A stretch of DNA of 64,000 bases. It comes from a bacterium. GTDB taxonomy: Bacteria > Myxococcota_A > UBA9160 > UBA6930. The notes under the pieces were generated by a model. It searched no databases. It was not told the origin of the DNA and saw only the letters and a program-made list of their open reading frames with translations. Location of the stretch: the NCBI GenBank assembly GCA_024226235.1, contig JAAELW010000085.1, forward strand, positions 756 through 64,755, written 5' to 3'. The position numbers and the translations under genes are program-made. This document shows positions 63,211 to 64,000 of this stretch, in pieces (position 1 is the stretch's first letter; each line of letters begins with the position of its first letter).

Positions 63211-64000
63211 ATGCGTCTGCTCTTCGTGAATCCCAATTTGCGTCCAGGCCACCCGACACGCTATTTGCCCGTGGGCCTGGCCTATGTGATGACTGCTGCC
63301 CGGGGGGCGGGCTACGACGTCGAGCTTCTGGACATCGGCCTTCACGACCAGAGTGACGACGAGACGAGTGAATTCCTGGCCCAGGATCGCTGGGACGCCA
63401 TTCTGACCGGATCGATCGTCACCCACTACAAATGGATGAAGACCTTCACACGGATGGCGCGACAAAATGCACCACGCGCAACGCAGATCGTCGGGAACTC
63501 CGTGGCAGGCTCCGTACCCGATCTATTCCTTCGCCATTCCGAGGCCGACGTCGTGGTCGTCGGCGAAGGCGAGTTGACCACGGTAGCCGTGCTTGATGCT
63601 CTTCGTACTGGAAATCCACTTCACGAAGTCGATGGAATCGTGATTCGCGGAGCGGACGGCGAGCTCATTCACACACCTCGTCGAAAGGCGGCACCAGTCG
63701 ACTCGTTCCCGATGCCGGACTGGGATCTCTTCGAAGTGGACCGCTATTTCGCCCAGACGGATGCACCCTCGGCCTGGGGCATCGACAAGGACCCGACGAC
63801 CTGGCGCACGATGCCCGTGGCCACGGCTCGTGGCTGTGTCTTCAAGTGCTCGTTCTGCCATATCGTCTACAAGCACGATCCCTATCGACATCGCTGCGCT
63901 GGGGGGATCCTCCAGGAGGTCCGCCGCAACATCGAACGCTACTCCGCAAACTACGTCAACTTCTGGGATGATCTGACCTTCTACAAGCTCTCCCAGGCCG
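63211..64000 (+). CDS. B12-binding-domain radical SAM enzyme (5' part, runs off the right edge)
   Basis: Absent from the ORF track (open at the edge). Manual translation MRLLFVNPNLRPGHPTRYLPVGLAYV...VVVGEGE...ARGCVFKCSFC (CX3CX2C); GGTGAGGAA SD. Confidence 0.8.
   Translation, partial: MRLLFVNPNLRPGHPTRYLPVGLAYVMTAARGAGYDVELLDIGLHDQSDDETSEFLAQDRWDAILTGSIVTHYKWMKTFTRMARQNAPRATQIVGNSVAGSVPDLFLRHSEADVVVVGEGELTTVAVLDALRTGNPLHEVDGIVIRGADGELIHTPRRKAAPVDSFPMPDWDLFEVDRYFAQTDAPSAWGIDKDPTTWRTMPVATARGCVFKCSFCHIVYKHDPYRHRCAGGILQEVRRNIERYSANYVNFWDDLTFYKLSQA

Noticed and set aside
1-64000. Scan for CRISPR arrays, IS elements/transposases, integrases, toxin-antitoxin or known defence genes, rRNA and tRNA
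   Set aside because: None recognised by eye. The only direct repeat array is the 3 x 16-bp tandem at 2857-2904, which lacks spacers. A tRNAscan/Infernal run would be needed to exclude small RNAs formally.

Overview
High-GC bacterial chromosomal segment with no rRNA, tRNA, CRISPR array, transposase or integrase recognised. Genes are tightly packed and many neighbours share 4-nt or 1-nt start/stop overlaps (GTGA, ATGA, TGATG). The ORF track uses GTG/TTG starts, and many of its long ORFs are N-terminally over-extended or are antisense shadows typical of high-GC DNA. The window has three blocks. (1) 1-10.6 kb holds ordinary metabolic and housekeeping genes: SDRs, a crotonase, a beta-hydroxyacid dehydrogenase, an aldehyde dehydrogenase, a Nudix hydrolase, an LLM/F420-type oxidoreductase, a minimal K+ channel and a HAD hydrolase. 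It also holds an unrecognised internally duplicated protein paired with a SnoaL-like gene. (2) 10.6-58.8 kb is an almost complete flagellar regulon, nearly all on the minus strand. It covers flgE-flgD-fliK-fliJ-fliI-fliH-fliG-fliF-fliE-flgC-flgB, then flagellin-fliD-fliS, then flgF-G-A-H-I-J'-N-K-L-csrA-fliW, then fliL-M-N-O/P-Q-R-flhB-A-F-G and motAB. Five near-consensus sigma54 (-24/-12) promoters can be read directly, and four of them carry a shared TTTCA-N3-TGAAA palindrome upstream. Two sigma54 enhancer-binding proteins are present, and no fliA or flgM was found. c-di-GMP-type parts (PilZ, a GGDEF with I-site, two HDOD proteins) are interleaved with the flagellar genes. (3) 58.9-64 kb is a nonulosonic-acid (pseudaminic-acid-like) glycosylation island driven by a sigma54 promoter placed back-to-back with the motAB-side promoter. 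The best candidate for something undescribed is the four-gene translationally coupled operon PilZ / TPR-like membrane protein / His-less kinase-like protein / atypical-receiver sigma54 activator, taken together with the conserved upstream palindrome. Other oddities are in-frame FliJ-YlxF/MotE-like and FliO-FliP fusions, an orphan 101-aa mini rod protein, an acidic protein with a degenerate receiver coupled to fliS, and a small ORF wedged between flgD and flgE. All functional calls rest on motif and family recognition by eye; no database search was run.
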